Notes under the pieces: model-generated | Databases searched by the model: none | What the model was told of the DNA's origin: nothing | Seen by the model: the letters and a program-made list of their open reading frames with translations, nothing else | Source: an uncultured Desulfobacter sp. | Lineage (GTDB): Bacteria; Desulfobacterota; Desulfobacteria; Desulfobacterales; Desulfobacteraceae | DNA: 64,000 nt | Direction: 5' to 3' | Assembly (NCBI GenBank): GCA_963665095.1 | Contig: OY762069.1 | Coordinates: 3,200,001 to 3,264,000, forward strand | In this document: one piece after another, positions 48,930-59,315 of the stretch | Layout: every line of letters begins with the position of its first letter | Numbering within the stretch: position 1 is the first letter of the stretch | Translations under genes and position numbers: made by a program

Positions 48930-49939
48930 CAGCCCAATCCGGGTTTTCCCGTTTGTTTGAAATGCACCAGGGTATCTTTTATACCCGTTTGCTTCACCAG
49001 GCCATCGACCTGAAGGTGTTTGACCACCTTGTCACAAAGAAGACTGCGCCCTGCCTGGCTGACTGCCTCTGTACCCATTCCGGCGCCACGCTTCATTTTT
49101 TAAGAGGCCTTGCTGCCGCAGGGCTTTTAGAGGTTGACGACGGTTATTTTGTTAATTCAGATCTTTCCCAATCCTTCCTGGTTACAGGAACCCCGGAATA
49201 TCTGGGTGAATACCTGAATAATCACGCCCGGTGGAACCTGCCTCTTTTTTCCCAACTGGACACCATCCTGAAAAACGGACCGTCCACTCCTGAAAAGCAG
49301 GCAGATGACCAGGCAATCTGGGCCGGGGAGGCCCGGGCGCTGGTAAACTTCCAAAGAGTCTGTACAGGTCCAATCCTTGCCCGGAACATCAAAAAGCTTC
49401 CCGGCTCAGAAAAATTTAAGCGGATGCTGGACCTTGGCGGCGGACCAGGACTGAATGCAGTGGCTGTTTTAAAGGAACATCCGGGCATGACCGGAGCTGT
49501 GCTGGACCGCCCTGCCGTAATTCGGGTGGCCAGAGAACAGATCCAACTGGAAAAAATTGACCGGCGTCTTGATGTGATGAGCGGCGATTTCACCCGGGAT
49601 GATCTGGGTTCCGGGTGGGATCTTATCATGGCCACAGCCTGCCTGAATTTTGCCGGAAAAAATCTTGGTTCTCTGGTGGCCAGAATTTTTAACGCCCTTG
49701 CCCCGGGGGGTGTTTTTGTCTCTGTGCATGACGGCATGTCCAGGGACAGGACAAGGCCTCCAGAAATTGCCTTGAGCTGGCTGCCCGTATCCATGATGTG
49801 GCAGGAGTTGTGTCTGGACCAGGGCCAGATTCCAGATGCCATGGAGACAGCTGGATTCAAGACCATTCGGTCCAGGACCATTGCATACGGACTTGGCTCC
49901 ATGGAGCTGGATATTGCGATAAAAGCGTCAGAGAAATAA
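48926..49939 (+). CDS. O-methyltransferase (dimerisation domain plus SAM domain)
   Basis: AIDLKVFDHL, MLDLGGGPG and GDFTRDDLG motifs; ATGA overlap with the MFS stop. Confidence 0.9.
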   Translation: MTAQSGFSRLFEMHQGIFYTRLLHQAIDLKVFDHLVTKKTAPCLADCLCTHSGATLHFLRGLAAAGLLEVDDGYFVNSDLSQSFLVTGTPEYLGEYLNNHARWNLPLFSQLDTILKNGPSTPEKQADDQAIWAGEARALVNFQRVCTGPILARNIKKLPGSEKFKRMLDLGGGPGLNAVAVLKEHPGMTGAVLDRPAVIRVAREQIQLEKIDRRLDVMSGDFTRDDLGSGWDLIMATACLNFAGKNLGSLVARIFNALAPGGVFVSVHDGMSRDRTRPPEIALSWLPVSMMWQELCLDQGQIPDAMETAGFKTIRSRTIAYGLGSMELDIAIKASEK

Positions 49940-49970
49940 AATTTTTAATACTTAAAATAAAGGAAGAATA

Positions 49971-52082
49971 ATGAACACCCAAGTAAAATGGTTTCTAACG
50001 GGTATTGCATGTATTATTCTGTGTGCGTCAACGGCTCCGGCACAGGAAACCGCCGATCCGAAAGATGTATTGGACACCCTCACGGTCACAGCCCAGAAAC
50101 GGGAGGAAAACCTTCAGGATGTGCCCATATCCGTTGATCTGTTTACAGATATGACCTTGGGGGATTACGGGCTGAATACCATGTCTGACGTGACCATGCA
50201 GTCCGCCAATGTATTTATGAAAACCAATACCGCCGAAAGCCCCTTGATCATACGAGGGATCTCTTCGTTTAAAAGTGCTATTTTTTCTCCGGCCGGTTTT
50301 TATGTGGATGATGTCTCCATGCCGTTGAGCTATATGACAAATCCCGATCTTCTGGATCTTAAGCGCATTGAAATCCTCAAAGGTCCGCAGGGCACGCTTT
50401 ACGGCAGAAATACCCTGTCCGGCCTGGTTAACCTGGTAACCCGCAAGCCCGATAATGAGACCCGGGGCCAGGTGACACTTGAAACAGGGGTCTATGATTC
50501 AAAGAATGACGGAATGTTTTACCGGGCCGGGGCCATGTTTTCCGGGCCCATAAAAAAAGATCTTTTGTTTCTGGGCGTATCGGTTCAGGGGCTCAATTCG
50601 GACGGCTTCAGGACAGACATCGCAACCGGGGACCCGGAGACCGCTTCCAAGGAGCATTATGATGCCCGGGGGACACTTCGCTACACCCCGTCAGATGCGC
50701 TGGATATCTCGTTTACAGCCAGTGGCTGCAACCACAATGACGGATTTGGGGTGTACCGCCTGGTCACCGGTGCCTCTGCCACACCATCCCACACGGTGAA
50801 CAGCGGGGACCCGGGCCTGGGGTTAAATGAAGACAGCGATTTTCAAAACCTAAAGGTGAATTACCAGGGTCAGGGGTGGCATCTTGTCTCAATCACCAGC
50901 CGCATGGCCTATGATATCGATTATACCTCTGATATGGATTTTGCCGGTGGAGCCATGTACTCCGGTTTTGGCTTTGACGACACCCAATGGTCCCAGGAAA
51001 TTCGAATCGCTTCGGATGGCTCCGGGGTATGGGACTGGCTTGCGGGGGCGTACGGCTTTCATGAGGACACCGGCACTTACCTGGATATCCAAAGTGCTAA
51101 TTTCCACATGTGGCACCCTGAGGCAGACATAGAAACAAACGGGGCGGCCCTGTTTTCCCAGGTGACCTGGCACTGGCATCCCAAATGGGAAATCACAGGC
51201 GGGCTGAGATGGGACCACCAGGAGCTGTCCGGTCAGGTAAACAACGATGTCACCACCATGATGTCTTCACTGCCAGCCTGCCAGAATTTTTCCGAAGACC
51301 TTTCCTATGACGAGCTGTTGCCCAAGATCGCCCTGGGGTATGCCCCCGGTTCCTGGGCAAACATATATGCCAGTGCTGCCAAGGGCTATCAGACGGGCGG
51401 TTACAATTACTCCATGGTGATGTCGGATGAAACCTTCACCTATGATCCGGAATATTCCTGGAACTATGAACTGGGCATGAAAACCGTTTTTTTTAATAAC
51501 CGGCTGCGGGTGAATACCAGTCTGTTTTATGTGGATATCACGGATAAACAGCTATACGTGAACAATCCAAATGTGACCAGCCTTCCCATGGCTCCGGACA
51601 TCACTAATGCAGGCAAAGCACATACCTGCGGTGCTGAACTCGGAATATACGCAGATCCGAAACCCGGCATCAGCCTGTTTGCCACTCTGGGGTTGCTAAA
51701 AACAGAAATTGACCAGTGGACAAACACCTCAAGCAATGGAACAGTTGATTACTCCGGCAACGAGCTTCCCTATTCACCGCATTATTCTGTTTCTGCCGGC
51801 GGCACCTACCGTGTGTCAAACGGTCTTTTTATTGGAGCGGATCTTACCCGCATGGGGTCATACTATGGACAGGCGGCCAACACTCAGAAACAAAGCGCCT
51901 TTGAACTGGTTAATCTGCGAGTGGGTTATGAGGCGGAATCCTTTGACCTGATTTTATGGTGTAAAAATGTTTTTGACCAGGAGTACTTTACTCTGCTTGA
52001 TGAAATGTCCAGCACAGGGGCTCTTAAAGCGGTGGAGGGAGACCCAAGGACGTTCGGGGTGACCTTGACCTACAGATTCTAA
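49971..52082 (+). CDS. TonB-dependent receptor (FyuA-like siderophore type)
   Basis: TonB box DTLTVTAQKREE, RIEILKGPQGTLYGRN, and C-terminal PRTFGVTLTYRF. Confidence 0.95.
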   Translation: MNTQVKWFLTGIACIILCASTAPAQETADPKDVLDTLTVTAQKREENLQDVPISVDLFTDMTLGDYGLNTMSDVTMQSANVFMKTNTAESPLIIRGISSFKSAIFSPAGFYVDDVSMPLSYMTNPDLLDLKRIEILKGPQGTLYGRNTLSGLVNLVTRKPDNETRGQVTLETGVYDSKNDGMFYRAGAMFSGPIKKDLLFLGVSVQGLNSDGFRTDIATGDPETASKEHYDARGTLRYTPSDALDISFTASGCNHNDGFGVYRLVTGASATPSHTVNSGDPGLGLNEDSDFQNLKVNYQGQGWHLVSITSRMAYDIDYTSDMDFAGGAMYSGFGFDDTQWSQEIRIASDGSGVWDWLAGAYGFHEDTGTYLDIQSANFHMWHPEADIETNGAALFSQVTWHWHPKWEITGGLRWDHQELSGQVNNDVTTMMSSLPACQNFSEDLSYDELLPKIALGYAPGSWANIYASAAKGYQTGGYNYSMVMSDETFTYDPEYSWNYELGMKTVFFNNRLRVNTSLFYVDITDKQLYVNNPNVTSLPMAPDITNAGKAHTCGAELGIYADPKPGISLFATLGLLKTEIDQWTNTSSNGTVDYSGNELPYSPHYSVSAGGTYRVSNGLFIGADLTRMGSYYGQAANTQKQSAFELVNLRVGYEAESFDLILWCKNVFDQEYFTLLDEMSSTGALKAVEGDPRTFGVTLTYRF

Positions 52083-52114
52083 CAAAATTTCTGCCAGGTA
52101 TTTTCCTATACCTC

Positions 52115-52144
52115 TTTGCCGGCCAGAGTGTCCTGGCCGGCAAA
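52115..52144 (+). terminator. Stem-loop after the TonB receptor
   Basis: TTTGCCGGCCAG-AGTGTC-CTGGCCGGCAAA, a perfect 12-bp stem. Confidence 0.55.
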
Positions 52145-52223
52145 ACATCTCAACCCTGCCCCACAATACATACGACCTAAATTACACATGATTATCCGTC
52201 AGCCCGTCGTTATTTGTGTGTTT

Positions 52224-52255
52224 CGGGGCATAAATCGGGTGGACCCGAGTAGAAA
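52224..52255 (+). promoter_or_regulatory. 21-bp-spaced direct repeat, putative AraC-type operator
   Basis: CGGGGCATAAA-N10-CCGAGTAGAAA upstream of the DUF4405 operon. Confidence 0.5.
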
Positions 52256-52356
52256 CCGCCGGCCTGTTAATCTATATCTCCTTAAAGTTTTGCTAACCGA
52301 ATCTTTTTAGGAGTTAAAATGAAAATTAACGCTGTTCTTTTTAATCCCCGGGGCAG

Positions 52357-52965
52357 GTGGGTATGGTAAAAAAAGCCACCTCTTTAACCCTTGCCTTTTC
52401 CGGGCTGGTCATGCTGGTGACCAGTATTGTACTCTATTTTGGTCCGGCCGGTCAGGTGGGCCATTTCTGCCCCTGGTCGTTCTGGCATCTTTCCCGGCAT
52501 CACTGGGGAGCACTCCATCTGAATTCAGGGCTGCTTTTCTGCCTGGCCATGATTGTCCATGTGTGCATCAATTTCAAACTGCTTGTGGCTTATGTAAAAA
52601 GACAGAAAAAAGGGGGACCGGCAGTTGTCATATCTTTGAACCTGACCCTTTATGTCTGCATCGGGGGGTATTACGAAATCCCCCCCATGGGGCAGTTTCT
52701 GGATTTTGCCCGGTCGTTCAGGATGGCGTCCATGCAGAAGTACGGCTCCCCGCCATACGGGACTGCATCCCGATTTCCGGCACTTCATATCGCCCGGTAC
52801 ATGGGCTGGGATCCGGATCAGTCCCGGGAACAATTAAGCCTGCACCACATTATTCTTGACGCCCCGGACCAGCCCCTGGCAGACCTGGCTCAAAAAAACC
52901 ACACCAGTATCGGACGGCTGCTGGACATCATGTGCACCCATTCAGACCTAGGAGGTCCCAGATGA
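52357..52965 (+). CDS. DUF4405-like membrane protein
   Basis: TSIVLYFGP.G, W..LH...G.LF....VH..IN and YG.PPYG motifs. Confidence 0.75.
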   Translation: MGMVKKATSLTLAFSGLVMLVTSIVLYFGPAGQVGHFCPWSFWHLSRHHWGALHLNSGLLFCLAMIVHVCINFKLLVAYVKRQKKGGPAVVISLNLTLYVCIGGYYEIPPMGQFLDFARSFRMASMQKYGSPPYGTASRFPALHIARYMGWDPDQSREQLSLHHIILDAPDQPLADLAQKNHTSIGRLLDIMCTHSDLGGPR

Positions 52966-53618
52966 CCACGGTAAAAAACGTATTTAATTCAGGCCATGTC
53001 ACCCAATATGACATCAATGCAAAGAAAGCCCGGTGGCTGGACCCGGCCATTGTTTTCGGCATGGCCTACCAGTTTGTCAAGCCCGGTGATCGTCTACTGG
53101 ATATCGGCATTGGCACAGGCTTGTCTTCCCAGCTGTTTTACAAGGCAGGACTTGAGATCCACGGCATTGACTTCTCCCCCAAAATGATTGCCGCCTGCCG
53201 GGCAAAACAGATGGCCCGGGACTTAAAAGAACACGATCTTTCCAAAACCCCTTATCCTTTTAAGACAGAATCCATGGATCATGCCGTCTGCACAGGAGTA
53301 ACCCATCTGTTCAAAGATCTGACCCCGATCTTTCAGGAACTTGAAAGAATTTTAAAACCTGCGGGTATATTTGCCTTTGTGGTACGGGATTGCCAAAAGG
53401 GAAAATCCCGGGAATTTCAGTTTGATTCCCGCCATGCCTCCGGGGAAAAAGTCACCATTTTTTCGCATTCCATGGAAGATATAAACCGACTGACTAAGTC
53501 CTCGGGCTTTACCCGGATCTTTGATCTTAGCTTTGAGGCCTCGGCCATTGGCCACAGCACGGCCCAATACAAAGCCTATGTGGTTCAAAAAACGGGCGTT
53601 CCTCCCCAAAATACCTAG
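52962..53618 (+). CDS. Class I SAM-dependent methyltransferase
   Basis: LLDIGIGTG, GIDFSPKM and RILKPAG motifs; GGAGG RBS; ATGA overlap. Confidence 0.9.
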   Translation: MTTVKNVFNSGHVTQYDINAKKARWLDPAIVFGMAYQFVKPGDRLLDIGIGTGLSSQLFYKAGLEIHGIDFSPKMIAACRAKQMARDLKEHDLSKTPYPFKTESMDHAVCTGVTHLFKDLTPIFQELERILKPAGIFAFVVRDCQKGKSREFQFDSRHASGEKVTIFSHSMEDINRLTKSSGFTRIFDLSFEASAIGHSTAQYKAYVVQKTGVPPQNT

Positions 53619-53716
53619 GTTTAAATACCTGAAATAGGCCCTGGCAAAAACCCCAGGGCCACGTTTGAATCTGACTTTTTCATTTTAAAAAATTCTTTTC
53701 TAAGAGGAGACAGTTT

Positions 53717-55915
53717 ATGAAAAAACTATGCACTATCGCTGCGTCCCGGGCCAGAAAAGGGATGTGGTTGACAATCATGGCAGCCATTTTTATCTGTTCC
53801 GGACCAGACCTTAAGGCAGGTGAATCCCTGGAAACCAGCCGGTCAGTTGATAAAAAAAGCGGCAACACGCCATATCAGGCAGAAGAGATGATCGTAACCG
53901 CCCAGAAGCGCAAAGAAAACGTACAGGATATACCGGACAGCATCACCGTATTGAATGAAATACAGATTGCGGACGCCGGCATCACTGATATGGTGAGCCT
54001 CTCCACGCAGATCCCCAACCTGGAATTTTATGACTTCGGCAGCCGATGGCATTGCCAGACCTACATCCGCGGCATTAAAAGCCTGAATAACAGTGAGCCG
54101 TCAACCGGCCTCTATGTTGACGGGGTGAATTACTCCAAATCCTACCTGTTTGATTTTCCCCTGTTTGATGTGGAACGCATCGAGGTGCTTCGCGGCCCCC
54201 AGGGGACCTTGTACGGACGCAACACCATGGCAGGGGTTATCAACATACACACCATGACACCGGACAATGAGACCCGGGCCCAAATTTCAGGCACCTATGC
54301 AAGCTATAATGAAAAACAGGTTCAAGGCCATATCCAGACCCCCATTCTCAAGGACAAGCTGTTTTTTGGGATTTCCGGCCTGATCTCGTCCAGTGACGGC
54401 TATATGGAAAATGATGTTGAAGGGGTTGGCGAAGACGGGCGGCACAAAGAGGGACAGGCCGGAAGGCTGAAACTGCGGTATGTGCCGGCCCCGCAATGGG
54501 ATATGACCCTGAGCGTGGACGGCCAGCACCACGAAGACGGAGCGTTCCCCTTCCGCAGAACCCAACGTAATTCCTTTGTCAGCAACGGGATTCTGGAAGC
54601 GGACAGCCCTTATCACTATTCCCATGATTTTAACGGCACGTCTGAAAACGACTTCTGGGGGGCAACACTTAATACCTGCGTGGATACAAAAATAGGCAGG
54701 GTCACATCCATTACAGGGTACCGGGATTATGACAATGAAGACCTTGTTGATTCTGATTTCAGCCCCCTGGATGCGGCGCGCATGAAATATGTTTTGCAGG
54801 AGCGTACCTTTTCCCAGGAAGTACGCATTGTATCGCCGGAAACGCAGACCGGTCCCAAATGGCTTGCCGGGATCTACTATTTTCACATCAACTCGGACAA
54901 GGAGCGGACCAACTATTTCCGGTCTGCCATGGCAAACAGCAGCAGCAACCCCTTTGCCCCGGGAACCGGTGCCAGGATGACACAGACCAATGGCACCAAT
55001 TACGGGCAGGCGCTGTTCGGCCAGATCACCTGGCCGGTTCTGGAGGCCATAGATATCACTACAGGGCTCAGATATGAGGTGGAGGAGGCGCAAATGGATG
55101 CCACGATCTTTGACACACCCCAAGGCGGTACCACAACATCCGCCCCGCAGCCATACCAGGAAAGCCGGTTTACGGCACTGTTGCCGAAATTCAGCGCCGG
55201 GTGGCATTTCATGGACGATCAGATGCTTTACACCACGGTGTCCAAAGCCCATCGCAGCGGCGGGTTCAATGCCCCGAATGTGGGAGGGGCCCCCTATGAT
55301 GAGGAGTACAGCTGGGTATATGAAACCGGTATTAAATCCGGCTTTTTCCAAAACCGGCTGACAGTCAATATCTGCGGTTTTTATACAGATATCCAAGATG
55401 AACAGATCACCCGCTTCAATGAATACAACCAGTCTTATCTGGAAAACGCAGGCGAATCCCACCGCCTTGGCCTGGAAATTGAGGCCGGCTGGTTTATTTT
55501 AAATGATCTGGAGCTGTTCGGAGCATTCACATGGATAGAGGCAGAGTATGATATGTATACCGATCCTGTCACAGGCGAAGATTTCGCAGGCAATACCACA
55601 TTCGGGGTCCCGGAATATACTTTCAACATAGGATGTCAGTACAGGCGCCCTTTGTGGAAAGAGTGGAACGGATTCTGCCGTGCGGAACTGGTGGGGACCG
55701 GCCCCCGGTATTTTGACGATGCCAATACTGTTAAAGAGCCGGGCTACGAACTGGTCAATCTTAAGCTGGGGATAGAAGGAACCCACTGGGACGGCTATGT
55801 ATGGGTAAAAAACCTTTTTGATGAGCAGTACTGCATTTTTGAAAACGTGGACCGCGGAATTACCGAGGATGGAGAGCCCATAACCATTGGTATCACTCTT
55901 TCATACCGGTTTTAA
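53717..55915 (+). CDS. TonB-dependent receptor
   Basis: EEMIVTAQKRKE, RIEVLRGPQGTLYGRN, KNLFD and terminal YRF. Confidence 0.95.
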   Translation: MKKLCTIAASRARKGMWLTIMAAIFICSGPDLKAGESLETSRSVDKKSGNTPYQAEEMIVTAQKRKENVQDIPDSITVLNEIQIADAGITDMVSLSTQIPNLEFYDFGSRWHCQTYIRGIKSLNNSEPSTGLYVDGVNYSKSYLFDFPLFDVERIEVLRGPQGTLYGRNTMAGVINIHTMTPDNETRAQISGTYASYNEKQVQGHIQTPILKDKLFFGISGLISSSDGYMENDVEGVGEDGRHKEGQAGRLKLRYVPAPQWDMTLSVDGQHHEDGAFPFRRTQRNSFVSNGILEADSPYHYSHDFNGTSENDFWGATLNTCVDTKIGRVTSITGYRDYDNEDLVDSDFSPLDAARMKYVLQERTFSQEVRIVSPETQTGPKWLAGIYYFHINSDKERTNYFRSAMANSSSNPFAPGTGARMTQTNGTNYGQALFGQITWPVLEAIDITTGLRYEVEEAQMDATIFDTPQGGTTTSAPQPYQESRFTALLPKFSAGWHFMDDQMLYTTVSKAHRSGGFNAPNVGGAPYDEEYSWVYETGIKSGFFQNRLTVNICGFYTDIQDEQITRFNEYNQSYLENAGESHRLGLEIEAGWFILNDLELFGAFTWIEAEYDMYTDPVTGEDFAGNTTFGVPEYTFNIGCQYRRPLWKEWNGFCRAELVGTGPRYFDDANTVKEPGYELVNLKLGIEGTHWDGYVWVKNLFDEQYCIFENVDRGITEDGEPITIGITLSYRF

Positions 55916-56032
55916 ATCCAAAGGCCTTTACCCCGAATATAAAATATGGCCCTATATCTAAGGGTCTGATTTTGGTGCCGGCGGCTTGGCTGCAAGGTAT
56001 GAGATAATAAAGGGCCGTCTATTGATAATCAA

Positions 56033-56356
56033 GTGCCGGGAAATATAAAGGAGACCATGCAAAAGATTGGAAAATATAATTTGTCAAATGTGCAGGCGGT
56101 TCAGGCGGAAAACAATACAACACCCATAGACGAAGAAACGGCTGATGTCGTTTACGCGCTGGACATGTTTCACATGGTGGAACAGCCGGCTCCTTTTTTA
56201 AAGGAGTTGAGCCGTCTGGCCAAAAGGGACGGAACCATAATTATAGAAGACGGGCATCAACCCCGGGCACAGACAATTGAAAAAATAAAAAAAACAGGGC
56301 TGTTGAAAATTGTCCGGGAAACCAGTTCCCATGTTAAATGCATGAAAATAATTTAA
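56033..56356 (+). pseudogene. C-terminal fragment of a class I SAM methyltransferase
   Basis: ADVVYALDMFH...FLKELSRLAK.DG is present; motif I is absent. Confidence 0.65.
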
Positions 56357-56367
56357 ACAACCCAATG

Positions 56368-56976
56368 TCAGGTCTGTCCGATGGAGAACATAATAAGGTA
56401 GTTGTAGCCAAGGTCTGTGTAACCGGTTTTCAGAAAGCCGCATCCAACTGCCAGGGCTTCAACCTCTTCAGGAGAAAGGCGCATATGCAGGGGCGGACCA
56501 AAGGACATCTCTTCCTTCTTACACTCCATCACGGCCAGACGGCCGTCTGGTTTCAGGACTCTTGCCGCCTCAAGGAACAGACTTCTCCTGTCGGGCTCAG
56601 TCCCGAAAATATGCAATACCGTGAACGCCATGCAAAGGTCCATGGAACTGTCCGGAGCCGGCATAGGAGGCTTTGTCAGGTCTGCTGTGAGACAGCGGAC
56701 CTGGGACAGGCCGGCAGAGTCAGCAACATCCTGAAGTGAGTCCACAGTGGGAGGCCAATGATCCAGCGCGGTGACATGGCCACAGGATCCTGCCAAACGG
56801 GCCGCCTGCAAGGTATAATCCCCGGCACCACACCCCATATCCAGAATATGCTGGCCCCGGCAGATATCCAGGACATCAAATACAAGCCCGGGTTCCTGCA
56901 TCCGGTAGCTGCTGGGTCCATACCCCCTGCCCTTTGAACGCCCCTTGCACTGTTCTGCTTTTTCCATCCCTGTCAT
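56368..56976 (-). CDS. Class I SAM-dependent methyltransferase
   Basis: ILDMGCGAG, RVLKPDG and FGPPLHMRLS motifs. Confidence 0.9.
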   Translation of the reverse strand: MTGMEKAEQCKGRSKGRGYGPSSYRMQEPGLVFDVLDICRGQHILDMGCGAGDYTLQAARLAGSCGHVTALDHWPPTVDSLQDVADSAGLSQVRCLTADLTKPPMPAPDSSMDLCMAFTVLHIFGTEPDRRSLFLEAARVLKPDGRLAVMECKKEEMSFGPPLHMRLSPEEVEALAVGCGFLKTGYTDLGYNYLIMFSIGQT

Positions 56977-57079
56977 TTAATCAGTCCTTTCAATATACAC
57001 ACGGTAACAGGAAAAAATTCCAGGTTACCGTTCAAGTAATAGGCAATCGTTGCAGAACTATACTGAATTTTTAATTGCG

Positions 57080-57111
57080 GTTCTGCCCCCGGGACATTTT
57101 ATTTTGCCCCT
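57080..57111 (-). promoter_or_regulatory. 21-bp-spaced direct repeat, putative AraC-type operator
   Basis: - strand AGGGGCAAAAT-N10-GGGGGCAGAAC, upstream of the methyltransferase starting at 56976. Confidence 0.5.
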
Positions 57112-57221
57112 TCAGCCAGGCCCCTTTCACAGACAAACATCTTATGGCGGTTAAGACCCGCAATCAAAGTAAAACCATCCATATGACCTGCCTTTTGCAA
57201 CACTGTGTTGATTTCGCTTTT

Positions 57222-59315
57222 TCAGGTATCACTGATGCTGACCATATCCCGCCCGCTTACCTTACTTTTGTAAAGGGCCATATCAGCTTTTTTTAAAAGA
57301 TCTTCCTTTGTGATATTTTTTGAAGGGACAACGGAGGCAACCCCCAGGCTTATTGAAACTATCCTTTTCTCTGAGGGGCGATGCACTATGGAAAGCCTTT
57401 CCACGGCCAGGCGCATATTTTCCGCCAGTTCATAGGCGCCATCCTTATCAACACACCCAATCGCCACAAACTCTTCCCCGCCATAGCGAGCGATCACATC
57501 ACTGGTTCGCTTGGCCTGTTTTTTTAATGCAGTCGCAACAGCACACAAGCAGACGTCTCCTGCCTGATGTCCGTAGTGGTCATTATATTTTTTAAAATAG
57601 TCAATATCTACCATAATAACAGAGATCGGGTGGCTTAATCTCAAATATTCCCGCCAGATCTTTTCAAGTTTCATATCAAAGTAGCGTCGATTATGGATCT
57701 TTGTTAACCCGTCAAGCTGGTTTAATTCCTGAAGTTTTTGATTGGCTCTTTCAAGGTGGAGGGTTCGTTCCTTGACTTTATTTTCCAGATCATGCCTGTA
57801 ATCATCCAGCCGATTATAGGCATTGCGAATTTCTTCAATCATTTCATTAAATGATTTTGCCAAATATCCAAGTTCATCCCTGGAAATGACCTCAATTGAA
57901 ACATCGTAATTTTTTTTAACTAATTGTGATACACCATAGGACATCTTGCGAATTTGCTTGGTATGCTGTACGGCATACCACCCTGCGAGAACAACGCTTA
58001 TCAGAGTAAAAAAAACGGAAGAGAGAATCAAAAAAAACAAGGTCTCACTGCAAACGGTATGGATCTTGTTATGAATTTTATGCTGTGCTTCAAACACCTC
58101 TTTTTCAGGAACGATGGCTGCGACGTAAAGAGAGTCTTGAAAAATCCCCTTTTCTTTTGCATTCCACAGGTTGTAAGTCATTAATCTTTTGAATGACAGC
58201 AAAAAATCCTTTGACCTGCTATCCGTAAACCGCAGGATGGTGAAATCGTCTAATCCGCTAAGTTTCCGGCAGGCGTTTGAAAGGGTGTTTATTTCGCTTG
58301 AATGAATGTTGTAGTTGGCAATTTTTACTCCGGACTCACTAACGACGCTTTGGGATAACCCTAATTGTTCCGCCATGGTTTCAGTTAATCCCAAAATGTT
58401 GCCATCACTTCGCAGCAGGAAGGTAAAACCGGTTTTACCTATTTTTTCTTCGGTTACAATCTTAAGGATATTCTCCCAATTGTAGTCAACCGCAGCTGCG
58501 CCGAAATTTTCGGTTCGATTGGCATTCCACAGCGGTGAGAAAAAAGTAACCATCAGCCCTGTTCCGCCGGCATCTTCATAAAGGGGTGTTAATGTGATCT
58601 GTTCAGGGCCCTCCCTTTGTGAAAAGCCAGGAATCCAAAGCCAACTGTTCCAGGTTTCGATCATCCCCGGGAAAAAGAAATCCCACCAGTTTCTCTCATT
58701 ATGACCCGGATATTTCCGGTCAAAAATCTCGGGCATCTGCTCCCAGGGTGTCCCGATCATAACCGGAGTTGCCTTAGGCCCGGTCAGGTAAAGCCAGCCT
58801 TTGTCGGTGCCATGTTCACCGATTATCTGCATAAGCACTTTCATGGGCGTCATCAGGGAAATAAACGCCCTTGTTTCTTTGTTGATTGATCCGTCTTTGT
58901 CATGCAGGTAGCCCCAGACGCTCATGCTTATGTTCATTTCGGTTTTGGCAAGATTCGACCAGTTTTTTTCAGGGTTATAAATGAAATTGTTCCCGATAAA
59001 AGGGTTCGATTGCAATTGGGTCCCCAGTGAATGAAGTGCCTTTTTGTCGATCAATTGCTGGGCGGCCGCTCTAAGGATGTTTAATTCGCCAAGAACCGCG
59101 CCAATCTTTAGGGACACTTTTTCAGCAATATCCCGGCTTTTATCCTCCAGCAGCTGTGTGTAGGCATGGGTGAGAATCTTTTCAGATACCTTGGATGTAT
59201 TGTCACTTAGCTCGGTAATTCTAAAACTGATAAAACATGCTGAAAATATTGCAAACAGGATAATCGGCACAATGGATAAAAGAATAATTTTCGGGGTAAA
59301 TTTAGATCGATACAT
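57222..59315 (-). CDS. Membrane diguanylate cyclase (Cache-like sensor-HAMP-GGDEF)
   Basis: Two TMs; PLYEDAGG; DELGYLAKSFN; DGLT..NRR; DIDYFK..ND.YGH..GD; RYGGEEF with an RxxD I-site. Confidence 0.93.
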   Translation of the reverse strand: MYRSKFTPKIILLSIVPIILFAIFSACFISFRITELSDNTSKVSEKILTHAYTQLLEDKSRDIAEKVSLKIGAVLGELNILRAAAQQLIDKKALHSLGTQLQSNPFIGNNFIYNPEKNWSNLAKTEMNISMSVWGYLHDKDGSINKETRAFISLMTPMKVLMQIIGEHGTDKGWLYLTGPKATPVMIGTPWEQMPEIFDRKYPGHNERNWWDFFFPGMIETWNSWLWIPGFSQREGPEQITLTPLYEDAGGTGLMVTFFSPLWNANRTENFGAAAVDYNWENILKIVTEEKIGKTGFTFLLRSDGNILGLTETMAEQLGLSQSVVSESGVKIANYNIHSSEINTLSNACRKLSGLDDFTILRFTDSRSKDFLLSFKRLMTYNLWNAKEKGIFQDSLYVAAIVPEKEVFEAQHKIHNKIHTVCSETLFFLILSSVFFTLISVVLAGWYAVQHTKQIRKMSYGVSQLVKKNYDVSIEVISRDELGYLAKSFNEMIEEIRNAYNRLDDYRHDLENKVKERTLHLERANQKLQELNQLDGLTKIHNRRYFDMKLEKIWREYLRLSHPISVIMVDIDYFKKYNDHYGHQAGDVCLCAVATALKKQAKRTSDVIARYGGEEFVAIGCVDKDGAYELAENMRLAVERLSIVHRPSEKRIVSISLGVASVVPSKNITKEDLLKKADMALYKSKVSGRDMVSISDT

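Noticed and set aside
54287..55462. 391-aa - strand ORF and similar long antisense ORFs (e.g. 5022-5714, 10483-11202, 16931-17677, 49222-49902)
   Set aside because: Shadow frames opposite well-supported genes, with no motifs of their own.
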